A stretch of 64,000 bases of DNA from a virus. Of this stretch, positions 9,356 to 19,261 are shown in pieces. The notes under the pieces are model-generated. The model worked only from the letters and a program-made list of their open reading frames with translations, was not told the DNA's origin and did not search any database. Where the stretch lies: positions 64,001-128,000 of IMG/VR virus record IMGVR_UViG_3300035696_000005. One strand, 5' to 3'. Both the position numbers and the translations under genes were made by a program. Numbering within the stretch: position 1 is the stretch's first letter; each line of letters opens with the position of its first letter.

Positions 9356-10699
9356 TTACTGAATGTGCCGATGCGTCAACATCATCGTACGGCGCTTGGT
9401 CAGCTCATAGGCAAGCGCCCTGCTACCGATGTGATGAGGACAGTCTGTGGCTGGACAGATCGCTCTCGGGCACTTGGTCTCATTAGGCTTCCTATGATTG
9501 ACTGCGGCATACATGCACTTCTGGCATACAAACGCATTGAAGGGTGGATGAGCTGCAAGATATGCACTGCAGTCGCCCCTCCAATCGTGCCCGTGAAAGT
9601 CAGTGTCTTCCACAGGCACTGGCTGACCACACGAACAATCAGGATGAAAGAGCGCCTGAGCGTTTACATACTTCGTACAATGAAGCGTGGTCTTACAACT
9701 CTCACATGTTCCTGGAGGATTGTTCTCCTCCACGATCAGATGCTCTCGTGTGTAGATATCCCAACCATCCACGATCACTTCTCCGCCACTCTCTGGGATA
9801 ACTACCATCTTTTGAGTTTTCTCATCCCACCTAAGAAGCTTCATATAGACGGGATGATACTCAGACAAGAAGCGAAGTGAATAGGGGCTCTTAAACCACA
9901 TCAGAGCCGAAAGCGTTACTGCACACCAGAAAAGCGAGTCCAGCTGCCTTGCTGAATCGAGATTGAAGATCTCTTCATCAGTTAGGACATGACTACTTTC
10001 AAGCGAGCAATAATACGTGAAAAGCCATTGCTCCATCTCTGCCATCAGAGCACCATAGTCACCGTAGAGGATTGTAGACATCTTTTCCATAATGTCGCTT
10101 AAGGTGATCGGCTCTCTTTTGGTGCTATGAAGAACGGTCTGCCCAGCTAAAACCGCTTTGATACTGGGATGACCTAAGAACTCGCAACAGGCTTTATAGT
10201 GCGGAAAATCGTAGCTTCGACTCACGCCGAAGCATTCCAAATTACTTGGAGAAAGAACTGCACCATCTTTCTTGAATCGATAAGTAAACTTCAGTTGATT
10301 GCAAGACTGCTGCACAGCGGACCCGAAGAGAAGAAAGTAAAACTCGCCGAAGTCTAGCCACCTCATCACCCGAAATAAAACCTCTTCGATGGACGAGTAC
10401 TTGGAAGGAACGACCCCAAAAGACTTCACAGCATCCTGAACATAGATCAATAACCCTTTAGGAAGGGGTGCTGATTCCAGAGGACCTGCGATGCTCTTTT
10501 CAATGACGGAGTCTAGATAGGGAGAGGAGTCGCTGATAAACCTCTCCCCGGGCTTATGAAGCTCAGAATCATCCACACGCCAGAGCTTCTGCGTGTAGTT
10601 GGCTGGCTTTTGAGAGCTACTGAAGTAATCTCTCTTTTCTTGGATCTGCTGTGCAAACATGAGGAACTCCTTAAACGGCAAAACTGAACAGTCGATCAA
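9356..10699 (-). CDS. Hypothetical protein with Cys-rich C-terminus
   Basis: 447 aa; multiple CxxC pairs at the C-terminus. Confidence 0.7.
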   Translation of the reverse strand: MIDCSVLPFKEFLMFAQQIQEKRDYFSSSQKPANYTQKLWRVDDSELHKPGERFISDSSPYLDSVIEKSIAGPLESAPLPKGLLIYVQDAVKSFGVVPSKYSSIEEVLFRVMRWLDFGEFYFLLFGSAVQQSCNQLKFTYRFKKDGAVLSPSNLECFGVSRSYDFPHYKACCEFLGHPSIKAVLAGQTVLHSTKREPITLSDIMEKMSTILYGDYGALMAEMEQWLFTYYCSLESSHVLTDEEIFNLDSARQLDSLFWCAVTLSALMWFKSPYSLRFLSEYHPVYMKLLRWDEKTQKMVVIPESGGEVIVDGWDIYTREHLIVEENNPPGTCESCKTTLHCTKYVNAQALFHPDCSCGQPVPVEDTDFHGHDWRGDCSAYLAAHPPFNAFVCQKCMYAAVNHRKPNETKCPRAICPATDCPHHIGSRALAYELTKRRTMMLTHRHIQ

Positions 10700-10961
10700 T
10701 GAAGGACTTCTCCCTCACTGTCTGTGCCAGTTCAATCTCGTCTTCTTCAAAGGGATCACGAACCGAATCGCAAGCGGTGCAGTTATGAAAATATTCACCA
10801 GCGCCTTGGTGGTATGCCTTCATGGGCATCTCACACCTCGGACAAAGGCGAACCTTCAAAAGTCCCACCTGCGTTGTCGGGTTACTCCGTTCGCTAGCGT
10901 TATCGATCGGGGTAAGCGTACTTCCAGTACTGCTGACGGTATTCGTGTTCGTTGTTGACAT
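10671..10961 (-). CDS. Zinc-ribbon protein
   Basis: CPRC...CTAC; GAGGAGG RBS. Confidence 0.65.
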   Translation of the reverse strand: MSTTNTNTVSSTGSTLTPIDNASERSNPTTQVGLLKVRLCPRCEMPMKAYHQGAGEYFHNCTACDSVRDPFEEDEIELAQTVREKSFIDRLFSFAV

Positions 10962-10983
10962 TGTTAATGTCCTCCTCGAACAC

Positions 10984-11005
10984 CTTATACCTAATTTAAG
11001 GGTAA
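10984..11005 (-). promoter_or_regulatory. TTACCC-N10-TATAAG promoter/operator motif copy 1
   Basis: Intergenic; same motif and spacing at 34175, 40043 and 50122. Confidence 0.6.
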
Positions 11006-11017
11006 TTTTGCTTTAGC

Positions 11018-11494
11018 TTAGCCGGAAGCTTTGTCGACCATCTTCCGCTTCTTTACACCAGCAGGAAGCTTCTCTTCAACGGCGACGGCTACCGGTGCGG
11101 CTTCGACTTTAGGAGCGTGTGTCTGCGGATTGCCGGAAATAGGCTGGATCTCACAATCAACAATCGCAATATCCGGGGCACCATGCTCATCTTTGGAGCT
11201 CTTGTAATGCACCTTGAAGGAATGGTTTTTAGCCACATGGAACTTATCGGTCGCTACGTCGGTGTAGCCAACATTAGCCGTGCCGGTAATCCAAGCTTCA
11301 TAGCTATCAGGGGTACCTTGGTGTGAGGAGAATGACCCAACCTTAATGGACTTCTTCAGCACCCAGAAGATCTTTTCTTTGGTATTGGTTGCCTTAACTG
11401 CGCGCTCAACAGCAAACGGTGCGGCCTCCTCTGCCGTGTAAAGAATCGGAGTTCCTCTTTGCGGTCCTTTTTTAATTACGTTTTTGATCAGCAT
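11018..11494 (-). CDS. Hypothetical protein
   Basis: RBS plus ORF. Confidence 0.6.
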   Translation of the reverse strand: MLIKNVIKKGPQRGTPILYTAEEAAPFAVERAVKATNTKEKIFWVLKKSIKVGSFSSHQGTPDSYEAWITGTANVGYTDVATDKFHVAKNHSFKVHYKSSKDEHGAPDIAIVDCEIQPISGNPQTHAPKVEAAPVAVAVEEKLPAGVKKRKMVDKASG

Positions 11495-11504
11495 TTCATT
11501 CTCC

Positions 11505-11936
11505 TTATTTGGGACTGAACTTATTGGACTTCTTGAGTTCTTCTTTCATGGCTTTGGTTCTAACTTCAGAGGCTGACTTTTCTTTAGCGTCTACATGTCT
11601 TTGGTAATCTTTGGTATAGACTGACTTCGCCTTATCGTTTCCCATCTTCTGAAGATCTTTGGTTGTCCTATTTCCAACGGTATGCTCATGCTGCTCACGG
11701 GTAGCTGAGCGGTGAAACTTCTTACCGTCGCCAAGGTCGTATTTGAATCCAACGCGACCGTTCTGATCGTACTTAATTTTGAAATAGCCCGGAAGAGCGA
11801 CACGGTACTCAGCCTTACCGCCGCAGCAAGGGCAGGGCACTTCTTTAGGCTTCTCGCTATATTTGAAGATGTGCTCAACTAGCTCGTCACAAGTTGTGCA
11901 GACGAATTCATATAGAGGCATGGATCTTGTTCCCAA
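11505..11936 (-). CDS. FmdB-family zinc-ribbon protein
   Basis: MPLYEFVCTTC...CPCCGG. Confidence 0.75.
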   Translation of the reverse strand: MGTRSMPLYEFVCTTCDELVEHIFKYSEKPKEVPCPCCGGKAEYRVALPGYFKIKYDQNGRVGFKYDLGDGKKFHRSATREQHEHTVGNRTTKDLQKMGNDKAKSVYTKDYQRHVDAKEKSASEVRTKAMKEELKKSNKFSPK

Positions 11937-12114
11937 TATCAGGAAGAATCAGATTGCCAGGAGCTTTGGCAATTAATTTCACCTGCTCAAGCAGGTAGCC
12001 ATGAGGAAGCGTGGTGGTCTTAAGGATTTCAGCCGCATCTGTAGCAACCACGTACCAAAATAGATTTTCATCGTGTGGGTCTTTTGGGGTGAGGACGAGT
12101 TCGTAAAGGCGCAT
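11908..12114 (-). CDS. Hypothetical protein
   Basis: GGAG RBS plus ORF. Confidence 0.55.
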   Translation of the reverse strand: MRLYELVLTPKDPHDENLFWYVVATDAAEILKTTTLPHGYLLEQVKLIAKAPGNLILPDIGNKIHASI

Positions 12115-12168
12115 TGTGAATCTCCTAGGAAAATCCTACCCGAAATACACCCATGATACAATAGAGTT

Positions 12169-12408
12169 ATGGCCGAATCTTATGGACCGATCGCGCATCA
12201 GAGGATCAATCAGGATACCTCTATTAAGTTAGCGAACGGTGAGTCTAAAACACTCAGGCAAGGCACCTTTGTCAAAGCTATCCATAAAAGATACATGCCA
12301 GTTAACCATCCCCTTGAAGAGTATGACGACAGCTTTTACGTGGCTGTCTTTTCACCTTATGGACTCGGGCTTGTGGTTCGCTATGCAGTGGATTGGAACG
12401 TATTCTGA
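12169..12408 (+). CDS. Hypothetical protein, lone plus-strand, probably leaderless
   Basis: TG-A-TACAAT then 6 nt then ATG; no SD; followed by hairpin. Confidence 0.65.
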   Translation: MAESYGPIAHQRINQDTSIKLANGESKTLRQGTFVKAIHKRYMPVNHPLEEYDDSFYVAVFSPYGLGLVVRYAVDWNVF

Positions 12409-12419
12409 TATCTAAAAAA

Positions 12420-12447
12420 TGGGGGCTGTGCGTAGTATCAGCCCCCA
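12420..12447. terminator. Terminator hairpin between convergent genes
   Basis: 9-bp stem TGGGGGCTG/CAGCCCCCA with A-tract on left. Confidence 0.7.
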
Positions 12448-12457
12448 CTCTCAAAAC

Positions 12458-12631
12458 TTACTTCTTCTTCGCTTTTTTAGCGACTTTCTTCTTGGTCGCA
12501 GCTTTTTTCTTGGTTGCCATTTTGTTTCTCCTTTCTTTACACTTCGGGCACGACTCTTTGTAGTAATACCAGGTTCCAGGAGTACCGTTGTAGAGATAAT
12601 CCTTCCTGTGCTCAATACAAAGATCTGTCAT
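12458..12631 (-). CDS. 57-aa Zn-finger/Lys-rich protein with internal start giving 20-aa MATKKKAATKKKVAKKAKKK
   Basis: Below ORF-track cutoff; ATGA-coupled to upstream gene; internal AAAGGAG RBS before ATG at 12520. Confidence 0.65.
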   Translation of the reverse strand: MTDLCIEHRKDYLYNGTPGTWYYYKESCPKCKERRNKMATKKKAATKKKVAKKAKKK

Positions 12632-13950
12632 ATTTTGTGTCCCCCAAACCGTGTATCGCGATCCTTCACAATAAACGCCCTGAGTTCGTCAATGAGTTCG
12701 GGCTTATTCAGTTTGAACAGTGCTTTAAGTTTCTCCCCACGCCATTCTTTGAATGCATTGGGATCAACCCCGTGTTTTTTCAGAATGGCATCAAGACCCA
12801 CATCATCCATTCCCTGAACTTCCGGATGCCTCGGAGCGCTTTCTCTGATCTTTCTATCTGTCGCAACCCAATCGACTTTCTCATCACTTGGCTTGAACCC
12901 GTACCAAAGCCCCTCAATCGCAACCCCGCTATCCGGACACAGATTCTCAATTGACTCTTTAAGCTTCCTGTTCAGAAGATCATAAAGAGATCCTGTAACT
13001 TTAAGCTGCTTTGCGATTCTTACCATGTCGTCGACCGACGATACGTTGAGGCTGATTTCACCGCGTGCATTCTGCTCTTGGATCCTTCGGTTCTCAGGGC
13101 AGAGCTGAACCATGTGACAGTAATCACAATGAGAGCCCGGAAGAGCCGGATAGTCACTGAAGTTCTCGATCGCCATGACACGAAGCCTGATCTCTTCTTC
13201 AACCTCAGCCAGATCCTCGTCGCTCCAATAAACCGGTGGAGCATAGAAGTTTAGTCTGGGCTGCGCGTAATGAATCACCGTTCTTACGTGATAACCCGGG
13301 TAATGGATTGCCGCCATCCAAGCGTAGCAACCCATCTGGAAAGTATGGTCGCTATTGTGGTTAGCACTTGGGGTGCTCTTATGATCCACCACCGTGATGA
13401 TTCGGTTGTGATGATCAATGGAGATCTGATCATATTTGGCGGTGAAAAAGATACCGTATCTGTGCTCGGTTGTGTAAACCGGCATATCATCGGCAACGGG
13501 CACTTTCACATATTGAAAGCTTGGAGCCACATCATCAATGAAAGTTTCTTCTTCGTAGAGACTCACAGCAAGCGTGATCTCGCAGCGGGTTGTTTCGTTC
13601 AGGTATGGACTTGGGTTGCCCGCGTAGGCTGCAGCTGATTCTTTGATGAGTTTGATTTGCTCATAAGAGGCTGGAAACTTTCCAACCGCCTCTTCAACCC
13701 AGCGATCCAAGAGTTGAGGTGTGATTACAGTTTTCTGAACATGCGCTTCAGAAATTCTTTGAAGAACTTCATGAATCGCGCTCCCACGAGCGGAAGCCAG
13801 TGTATCAGAAACAATGCTATCGCGCAGGACATACTTACTTTGAAAGCGAGAAGGACAGCGGGCCACAATAAGTCGAGAGGCAGAATAAGGGCCATATTTT
13901 AATCTCACATGATGGTAGCCAGATGGAGCAGCATTGAGTGCTGGACGCAT
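12628..13950 (-). CDS. PD-(D/E)xK exonuclease (RecB/Cas4-like)
   Basis: YSAS...CP, GSAIHEVL, AKYD...VVDHKS, QMGCYA, PG.HC.YC. Confidence 0.8.
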   Translation of the reverse strand: MRPALNAAPSGYHHVRLKYGPYSASRLIVARCPSRFQSKYVLRDSIVSDTLASARGSAIHEVLQRISEAHVQKTVITPQLLDRWVEEAVGKFPASYEQIKLIKESAAAYAGNPSPYLNETTRCEITLAVSLYEEETFIDDVAPSFQYVKVPVADDMPVYTTEHRYGIFFTAKYDQISIDHHNRIITVVDHKSTPSANHNSDHTFQMGCYAWMAAIHYPGYHVRTVIHYAQPRLNFYAPPVYWSDEDLAEVEEEIRLRVMAIENFSDYPALPGSHCDYCHMVQLCPENRRIQEQNARGEISLNVSSVDDMVRIAKQLKVTGSLYDLLNRKLKESIENLCPDSGVAIEGLWYGFKPSDEKVDWVATDRKIRESAPRHPEVQGMDDVGLDAILKKHGVDPNAFKEWRGEKLKALFKLNKPELIDELRAFIVKDRDTRFGGHKI

Positions 13951-13999
13951 AGTGATTCTCCTTAAAATGAGAAGGGTGGGATTACCCCACCCTTACAAA

Positions 14000-14200
14000 C
14001 TACAGATCAAATAAATCGCCGCCGTCGTCATCCTCGTCATACTCAGGCAGTGGTGTTGCGTAATCGTCATCACCATCGTCTTCGTAGATTTCAGTTCCAC
14101 CGAGAAGATCGTCTAGACCTTCATCGGATTGATTCATAATACCTTGGGCGATGTCTTCAGGGTTTCGCTCCCGTCCATCCCCCGGACCTAGATGTTGCAT
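14000..14200 (-). CDS. Small highly acidic protein
   Basis: Asp/Glu-rich; probable start MQHLG. Confidence 0.5.
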   Translation of the reverse strand: MQHLGPGDGRERNPEDIAQGIMNQSDEGLDDLLGGTEIYEDDGDDDYATPLPEYDEDDDGGDLFDL

Positions 14201-14777
14201 AGGCAAACTCCTCCTTGAGTGTTCTGCACTCTTCACTAAAAACATCTAGTATTTTTTGTCTCCCGTCAATGCCTAAGGCACTCAGGAGAAGGAGGTCGTT
14301 CTCGCCTACAGTACTCATCAGAAGATGACTCAACGCAGCCCTAACCTTGCTCTTTAGGTTATCCTCAAGAGCAGTGGTAAGCTTCGATAGTTCAGGGAAC
14401 TTGGCAGTAGACTCAGTATCGGCAACAGCGATCTCAGGCGGTGTGAAGATTGGAGCGTCTCCGGTAGGCGGAAACGCCGGAACTTCATCAGTCTCGTCAG
14501 GCTCCAATGCAGCCATAAGAGCCGCATCGATCGTGTCTCCTGCTTTCTTAAGCTGCTCTTGGGTAACCGGGCTATTGCAGTGGATTGTGGGCTCCAGATC
14601 TGAAACCTGAAGTGATTTCCTGCCAGTGCCCTCCGCGTAGACGAAGCGGAAGTTAGCCCCAAAGCTATGAAAGTCTTCCCAGTCCTTGAAGCTATCATTG
14701 AAGGCTTTTACAATGTCTTCCAGGTCAGCCTTAGCCAGATCCCTTTCTGCTTCTTGTACAAATTGTTTGTGATCCAT
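14157..14777 (-). CDS. Hypothetical protein
   Basis: AGGAGAATCACG RBS plus ORF. Confidence 0.7.
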   Translation of the reverse strand: MDHKQFVQEAERDLAKADLEDIVKAFNDSFKDWEDFHSFGANFRFVYAEGTGRKSLQVSDLEPTIHCNSPVTQEQLKKAGDTIDAALMAALEPDETDEVPAFPPTGDAPIFTPPEIAVADTESTAKFPELSKLTTALEDNLKSKVRAALSHLLMSTVGENDLLLLSALGIDGRQKILDVFSEECRTLKEEFAYATSRSGGWTGAKP

Positions 14778-14796
14778 CGTGATTCTCCTAAAAAGT

Positions 14797-14827
14797 GGAG
14801 CACACCCCTTAGCACGGGGTGTGCTCC
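14797..14827 (-). terminator. Intrinsic terminator
   Basis: 12-bp stem GGAGCACACCCC/GGGGTGTGCTCC then U-tract. Confidence 0.75.
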
Positions 14828-14845
14828 TTCCGCGTCACACGGAGG

Positions 14846-15961
14846 TCAAAACAGTGTTCCGCCTGCAGCTGCTGCTGCGTTAACCGGCTTATGATCCACT
14901 TGAGGCGGTGTCATTTTGTCAGTGACAGGATCTGTTGCTGCCTTCTCCTTTTTGGCTTTAGCGATCCGACTATTCACATAGGTGACGATGCCTTCAACAG
15001 TCGGAGGATTCACATTTCTGGCAAGCTTGATCCGGTTCTCCTCGGTATTGGGGACGCCGGTCATTGCCGAAAGCTGATCCAGAAGCTTCACAACGGTTTC
15101 GTTGTTTGCCCGGGCAAGAACTTCGCCTTCGATCTTATCTTGTTCGTCAGGACTCGGAAGCGATGCTCTTTGAGGAGCCGCCTCGATTTGAGCTGCCTCA
15201 TCGCTACCGATTTCATACTCAGTGCTGATTGCACCCGAGCGAAGCCCCATGAGAGCGCTCCAGTTCTCAATTGAGATCTTTCCTTGAAACTTCTTTTCAT
15301 ACGTTTCGAAAGGAATGTGCTCCAGATGGATGACTGCCTGATCTCGATTAAACTTCTTCATCTTCTCCAGGTCAGCGAAAGACACCGGGATTTCTTTCTT
15401 GTAGAGCCTAAAGATTTCGCCCTGTAGGCGACCCATGCTTGCCCTCACAGCGCCTTGAATGGCGGAATAGACGTTCATGATGGCAAGAAGGGAGGTGTTA
15501 TCGAGTTGAAACACCGGACCCAGAGAATACTGTGGGATGATCATATCAAGAAAGAAATGCTCGCCACACTTACCTTCCAGATATTGCGGGCAGCTCTTAT
15601 AAAGACAGGAGCGCTCGCGTGCTTTTGGGAACGCTGGGTGAGGTGTATTCTTCACACCGGGAGCGTCGTTAAACGACATGTAGGCTGCAGTGGGAGCCTT
15701 TCCTTTTTCGTGGGTGGAGACGCACATGAGTTCATTCTTACTGTACCAGCGAAGATCATCTCGGAAGAAGTCTTGGTAGCGGTTCGAAAGAACCGTGAAG
15801 TAGATCTCGGTTGGTTTTTCACCCAACACCGGAATGAGCTGAGGGGCATCATGAAGAAGGAAGTGCGGCGTATTAATCATCTTGCCACCTTCTTCGCGCT
15901 TTCCTGCTCTGATTTTGCCAGCCCTACGAACAATAATTTTATCAGTCAAACCTGCGATCAT
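14846..15961 (-). CDS. Putative recombination protein (Gp3-like/annealing-type)
   Basis: GKIRAG...PHF, LRWYS...LMC pattern recognised from memory; near the exonuclease. Confidence 0.5.
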   Translation of the reverse strand: MIAGLTDKIIVRRAGKIRAGKREEGGKMINTPHFLLHDAPQLIPVLGEKPTEIYFTVLSNRYQDFFRDDLRWYSKNELMCVSTHEKGKAPTAAYMSFNDAPGVKNTPHPAFPKARERSCLYKSCPQYLEGKCGEHFFLDMIIPQYSLGPVFQLDNTSLLAIMNVYSAIQGAVRASMGRLQGEIFRLYKKEIPVSFADLEKMKKFNRDQAVIHLEHIPFETYEKKFQGKISIENWSALMGLRSGAISTEYEIGSDEAAQIEAAPQRASLPSPDEQDKIEGEVLARANNETVVKLLDQLSAMTGVPNTEENRIKLARNVNPPTVEGIVTYVNSRIAKAKKEKAATDPVTDKMTPPQVDHKPVNAAAAAGGTLF

Positions 15962-16011
15962 GTGAATCTCCTTATTCTTAGCTTATAACTTAAAACGCTA
16001 TGAGTTTTCCA

Positions 16012-16323
16012 TTACTCTTTGACTTGGATGTTGACCTTGCCGAGCGATCCTTCGACTTGCCTAAAATCCAAATCCATATCATCGATTGCAATGTCGGGTT
16101 GAAACGATCCTTTCATTACAACTTTAGCGGACATAAGTCCCAACTTATCTCTCCAGCGACGAGCGTAGTCGATTCCGCCGCCCGACCATACGTACATTTC
16201 ACATCCGAATCCTTCAAGAAGTTTGTAGAGCTGAACTACGTCATAGCGCGGGGTATCTTCGTTAACACCAACCTGATGAATGAGCGTGCCGTCGATATCA
16301 AACGCGACAGTAACACGAGCCAT
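16012..16323 (-). CDS. HAD-superfamily protein
   Basis: FDIDGTL, VWSGGG, AIDD motifs. Confidence 0.75.
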   Translation of the reverse strand: MARVTVAFDIDGTLIHQVGVNEDTPRYDVVQLYKLLEGFGCEMYVWSGGGIDYARRWRDKLGLMSAKVVMKGSFQPDIAIDDMDLDFRQVEGSLGKVNIQVKE

Positions 16324-16426
16324 ATTGAATCTCCTTATTCAGTACTCTTTATGCCCACACAAATCACAAGTGCGAGGACCTACTTCAAAGTCTGCATCAG
16401 GATATGTGTGAATTCCCTTTTCGCAG

Positions 16427-16726
16427 TCAGACTTTTCCTTTTCCATTTTCAGCAGCCTCCAGTTCATCGATCTTTTCTCTGACCCCTTCCATTTGGGATC
16501 GTACAGTCAGTGTCGATCGAGATCCTTCTTTAAGCAAGCTTGCTTCTTTCTCTTTCAGCGTTTTGTAGGTTTCTCTGAGTTCCTTCAAAAGATCTGCGTT
16601 TGCAATGCCAAGTTTTTCCATGTTTGCTCCTTCTAACCATTTTGGATTGATTGCTGTGATGTCGCAACCTTCTTCCAGTGTGGCTGCTTCTCGAATCCAG
16701 CGATCTGTGGCTTTGAATTTAAACAT
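16427..16726 (-). CDS. Hypothetical coiled-coil protein
   Basis: Operon-contiguous ORF. Confidence 0.55.
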   Translation of the reverse strand: MFKFKATDRWIREAATLEEGCDITAINPKWLEGANMEKLGIANADLLKELRETYKTLKEKEASLLKEGSRSTLTVRSQMEGVREKIDELEAAENGKGKV

Positions 16727-16728
16727 AG

Positions 16729-16950
16729 TTAATGCTTTGTGTCATTCTTGCTTGACATGATGTGAACCTCAACCTCGTCTGAAAGGATCGACTTCATAAG
16801 ACCGCCTAGAATCAAAATTGACTCTCCAAGCCTCGCCTGATTGTCTAGGATTGCCTTTAAAAGCTCTTTGTCGTCCTTCTCATAGCGTACCCCTTCGATG
16901 CTGTCATTGATCTGTTTTAGGATTCCCTGGAGCGTCTGATACAGGTCCAT
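16729..16950 (-). CDS. Hypothetical protein
   Basis: Probable start MDLYQ. Confidence 0.5.
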   Translation of the reverse strand: MDLYQTLQGILKQINDSIEGVRYEKDDKELLKAILDNQARLGESILILGGLMKSILSDEVEVHIMSSKNDTKH

Positions 16951-17287
16951 GAGCCTTCTCCGTGCTAAGGGGCTCCCCCGGACGCATATCCTGGCTATAA
17001 GCGAGTAAGACACCGTCCTTTAGACCCTGCAGATAACAGTCCCATAGACCGGCCATCAGAAATACCTCTAGCGCAGTACGCGTAACCGGAGCTGCCTCCG
17101 CGTTCGTCTTCTCAATAATACCACGCGCCCGCTTAAGGGGATCAAAACCGCTGGTTAATTCTGCGCTGGTCATCTCTAAATGGCCTTCTTTGGAATACCT
17201 GAGCTTACAGACACGGCACAGATTAAAGCAGAAATGCCCTCCACGAACAATAGGCTCTAATTGACCCTGGCATTTGCGGCATCTCAT
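16904..17287 (-). CDS. Zn-ribbon-containing hypothetical protein
   Basis: CRKC...CRVC; ATGA coupling. Confidence 0.55.
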   Translation of the reverse strand: MRCRKCQGQLEPIVRGGHFCFNLCRVCKLRYSKEGHLEMTSAELTSGFDPLKRARGIIEKTNAEAAPVTRTALEVFLMAGLWDCYLQGLKDGVLLAYSQDMRPGEPLSTEKAHGPVSDAPGNPKTDQ

Positions 17288-17958
17288 TTTCTCACCGGTA
17301 TTTCTTTGATCGGGGTTTCGATTGGGTATGTGACTCCTTTAGCGAAGCTGGCGGGCTTGAATTCTTTTATCGCTTTCCTTAATGCAGCAAGCTTTGCACC
17401 TTCAAGTAGAGCCACACAAATAGCTTCAGCGAGGCTTTCGCGAGTAACACATACGTCCGTTTTATGGATAGACGTTCTTCCAATCTCTAATGTGAGTTTC
17501 ACGTCATAGCAGTAAGCATAATCAGAAGAAATATCCATGCAGCAGTACAGTGGTCCACGAACCATTTTAAAGAGATCGAGCGCCGCATGATCGCTAGTTG
17601 AGAAGAGAGGAAGGACTCGATTCTGCCCTAGTGGCAAGTTCTCACCAGGAGCCTTGCAGAAGATAAGTTTTTTCTCATTCCCCTCTTTATTGGCGGGAAG
17701 ATCACCCACGATCTTCCAACCCAAAACTTCGGTAGCGACAAGCTTGTCCATCTCTTGCCCTGGACTAAGTTTGATCGATTGACCCCTCAGAACTATCTCT
17801 TTTTTCGTATCTGCCACATGCTGGCCAGTTGACTCGGTGATCGGAGCCTGCCCCACGAGTTTCACGCCTGAGCCTACATTTATAGTAACGTTTGCCCCTT
17901 TCTCGAAAATATAGGTTCTTGCAGTTTTTGCACGTTTCTTTTTTTGGGCCTTTGCCAT
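17284..17958 (-). CDS. Hypothetical protein
   Basis: GAGG RBS, 224 aa. Confidence 0.6.
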   Translation of the reverse strand: MAKAQKKKRAKTARTYIFEKGANVTINVGSGVKLVGQAPITESTGQHVADTKKEIVLRGQSIKLSPGQEMDKLVATEVLGWKIVGDLPANKEGNEKKLIFCKAPGENLPLGQNRVLPLFSTSDHAALDLFKMVRGPLYCCMDISSDYAYCYDVKLTLEIGRTSIHKTDVCVTRESLAEAICVALLEGAKLAALRKAIKEFKPASFAKGVTYPIETPIKEIPVRK

Positions 17959-17990
17959 AAATCCTCACACAAGGGTTTGCGATCTTTTTT

Positions 17991-18272
17991 TTAAGACGTT
18001 CCTTCTCCAGTTCCTTCTCTAGCCACAGCTGGTGCTGCTCGTCCAAATCCATGACTCTTTCCTTTCACGGCCTGGTGATGAATAGTCCTGATCACATCAA
18101 GAACAGACTCGATCTCCTCAGGATCTTCACTCTCTGCTTGTATCACGTAGGTCTTATGAATCCCAGGACCGGCTGCGCGAACAATGAAGCCATTGTCTAC
18201 GTAAGCAACGGCAATTTCCTTAATCTCAACCGGACCCGTATGTACTTCTGGCATTCCCATTTCAGCATGCAT
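17991..18272 (-). CDS. Hypothetical protein
   Basis: Operon-contiguous ORF. Confidence 0.5.
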   Translation of the reverse strand: MHAEMGMPEVHTGPVEIKEIAVAYVDNGFIVRAAGPGIHKTYVIQAESEDPEEIESVLDVIRTIHHQAVKGKSHGFGRAAPAVAREGTGEGTS

Positions 18273-18747
18273 GAATAAGCCTCCAAACGATGTAATAATG
18301 GGTTAGGTGGTGGACCATTTGATCGATCCCAAGACTTCTCCAGAATTTCTTGTTACTTCTTACCTTTCTGGCCCACTCTTCAGGAGCCATTGAGTCTTTG
18401 TATTGGAAGTTGTGACTACAGAGGGACTTATACTTGCCCAACATCTTAGGGCTCGCCTTGATTCGATCCATTGTGAAGTGGGTGGCGAAGTCGAAGAGTG
18501 CAAGCCCAAATACCAAAAGTAAGTGTTTTGGACTAGTGTCCAGCAATGCGAAATAGATGCTGCAAATAAAGCCAGTAAAGCAAGCGTGCACTCCCGCATG
18601 CGCAGCGAGTGGCTTAACCCAGCCCTTTTCGTTGAACTTGCCAAGCATCCACGGAGTTTGAAGAGGGAAGTCGGCGAGATAGTGCTTTAGCTGGTAGATT
18701 GCTAGAAGTACAAACGTAAGTGTAATCCTATCCATTATTTCACCCAC
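18262..18747 (-). CDS. DUF3307-like membrane protein
   Basis: HYLADFPLQ, HAGVH, HFTMD, GIDQMVH His pattern. Confidence 0.7.
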   Translation of the reverse strand: MGEIMDRITLTFVLLAIYQLKHYLADFPLQTPWMLGKFNEKGWVKPLAAHAGVHACFTGFICSIYFALLDTSPKHLLLVFGLALFDFATHFTMDRIKASPKMLGKYKSLCSHNFQYKDSMAPEEWARKVRSNKKFWRSLGIDQMVHHLTHYYIVWRLIHAC

Positions 18748-18977
18748 TCTGGTTTATGTTTCTCTTCCATGCGCCAATTAGCCACCCACTCAACAAAAAT
18801 TTCAGTTTCCTTGCAAAGCTGGTTAGCCGACCACCGACCCATCGCGTGACCGTTTACTTCGAGTGCGAAAGCCATTCCGGCGATAACCGCTGATACAGGA
18901 TTATAGGTATCCTCCCGAGCACACCTAAACGGAAGCGCGACGCGAACGAGTTCTATGAATTTTTCTTTATTGCTCAT
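18735..18977 (-). CDS. Hypothetical protein
   Basis: Coupled ORF. Confidence 0.5.
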   Translation of the reverse strand: MSNKEKFIELVRVALPFRCAREDTYNPVSAVIAGMAFALEVNGHAMGRWSANQLCKETEIFVEWVANWRMEEKHKPEWVK

Positions 18978-19261
18978 GATTTTCCTTTCGGTTTAAGAAC
19001 CGCCACCCCCATCTCTTTTAGGAACTTCTCACGTACGGCTGCATCAACTTTCTTCGCACCGTCTTTACGGTAGAAGTAAATCATATTTGCCATAAGCCTG
19101 AGATGGTTCGTTACTTCGAGACTTGCCTTAACTTCGGCATCAGTGAGGCGACAAAGTTCTTGGATATCTTCAAAGATCTCCAAAAATTCCTTGTAGCTGT
19201 CTTTCATTTTAGTCTTCGATATAGAAACGTCCTGTCGGGTGCGGGTAAATGCGCTCGCCAC
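18974..19261 (-). CDS. Hypothetical protein
   Basis: Probable start MKDSY. Confidence 0.5.
   Translation of the reverse strand: MASAFTRTRQDVSISKTKMKDSYKEFLEIFEDIQELCRLTDAEVKASLEVTNHLRLMANMIYFYRKDGAKKVDAAVREKFLKEMGVAVLKPKGKS

Noticed and set aside
12628-13950. Cas4 / CRISPR system
   Set aside because: No repeat-spacer array or other cas genes; best read as a phage recombination exonuclease
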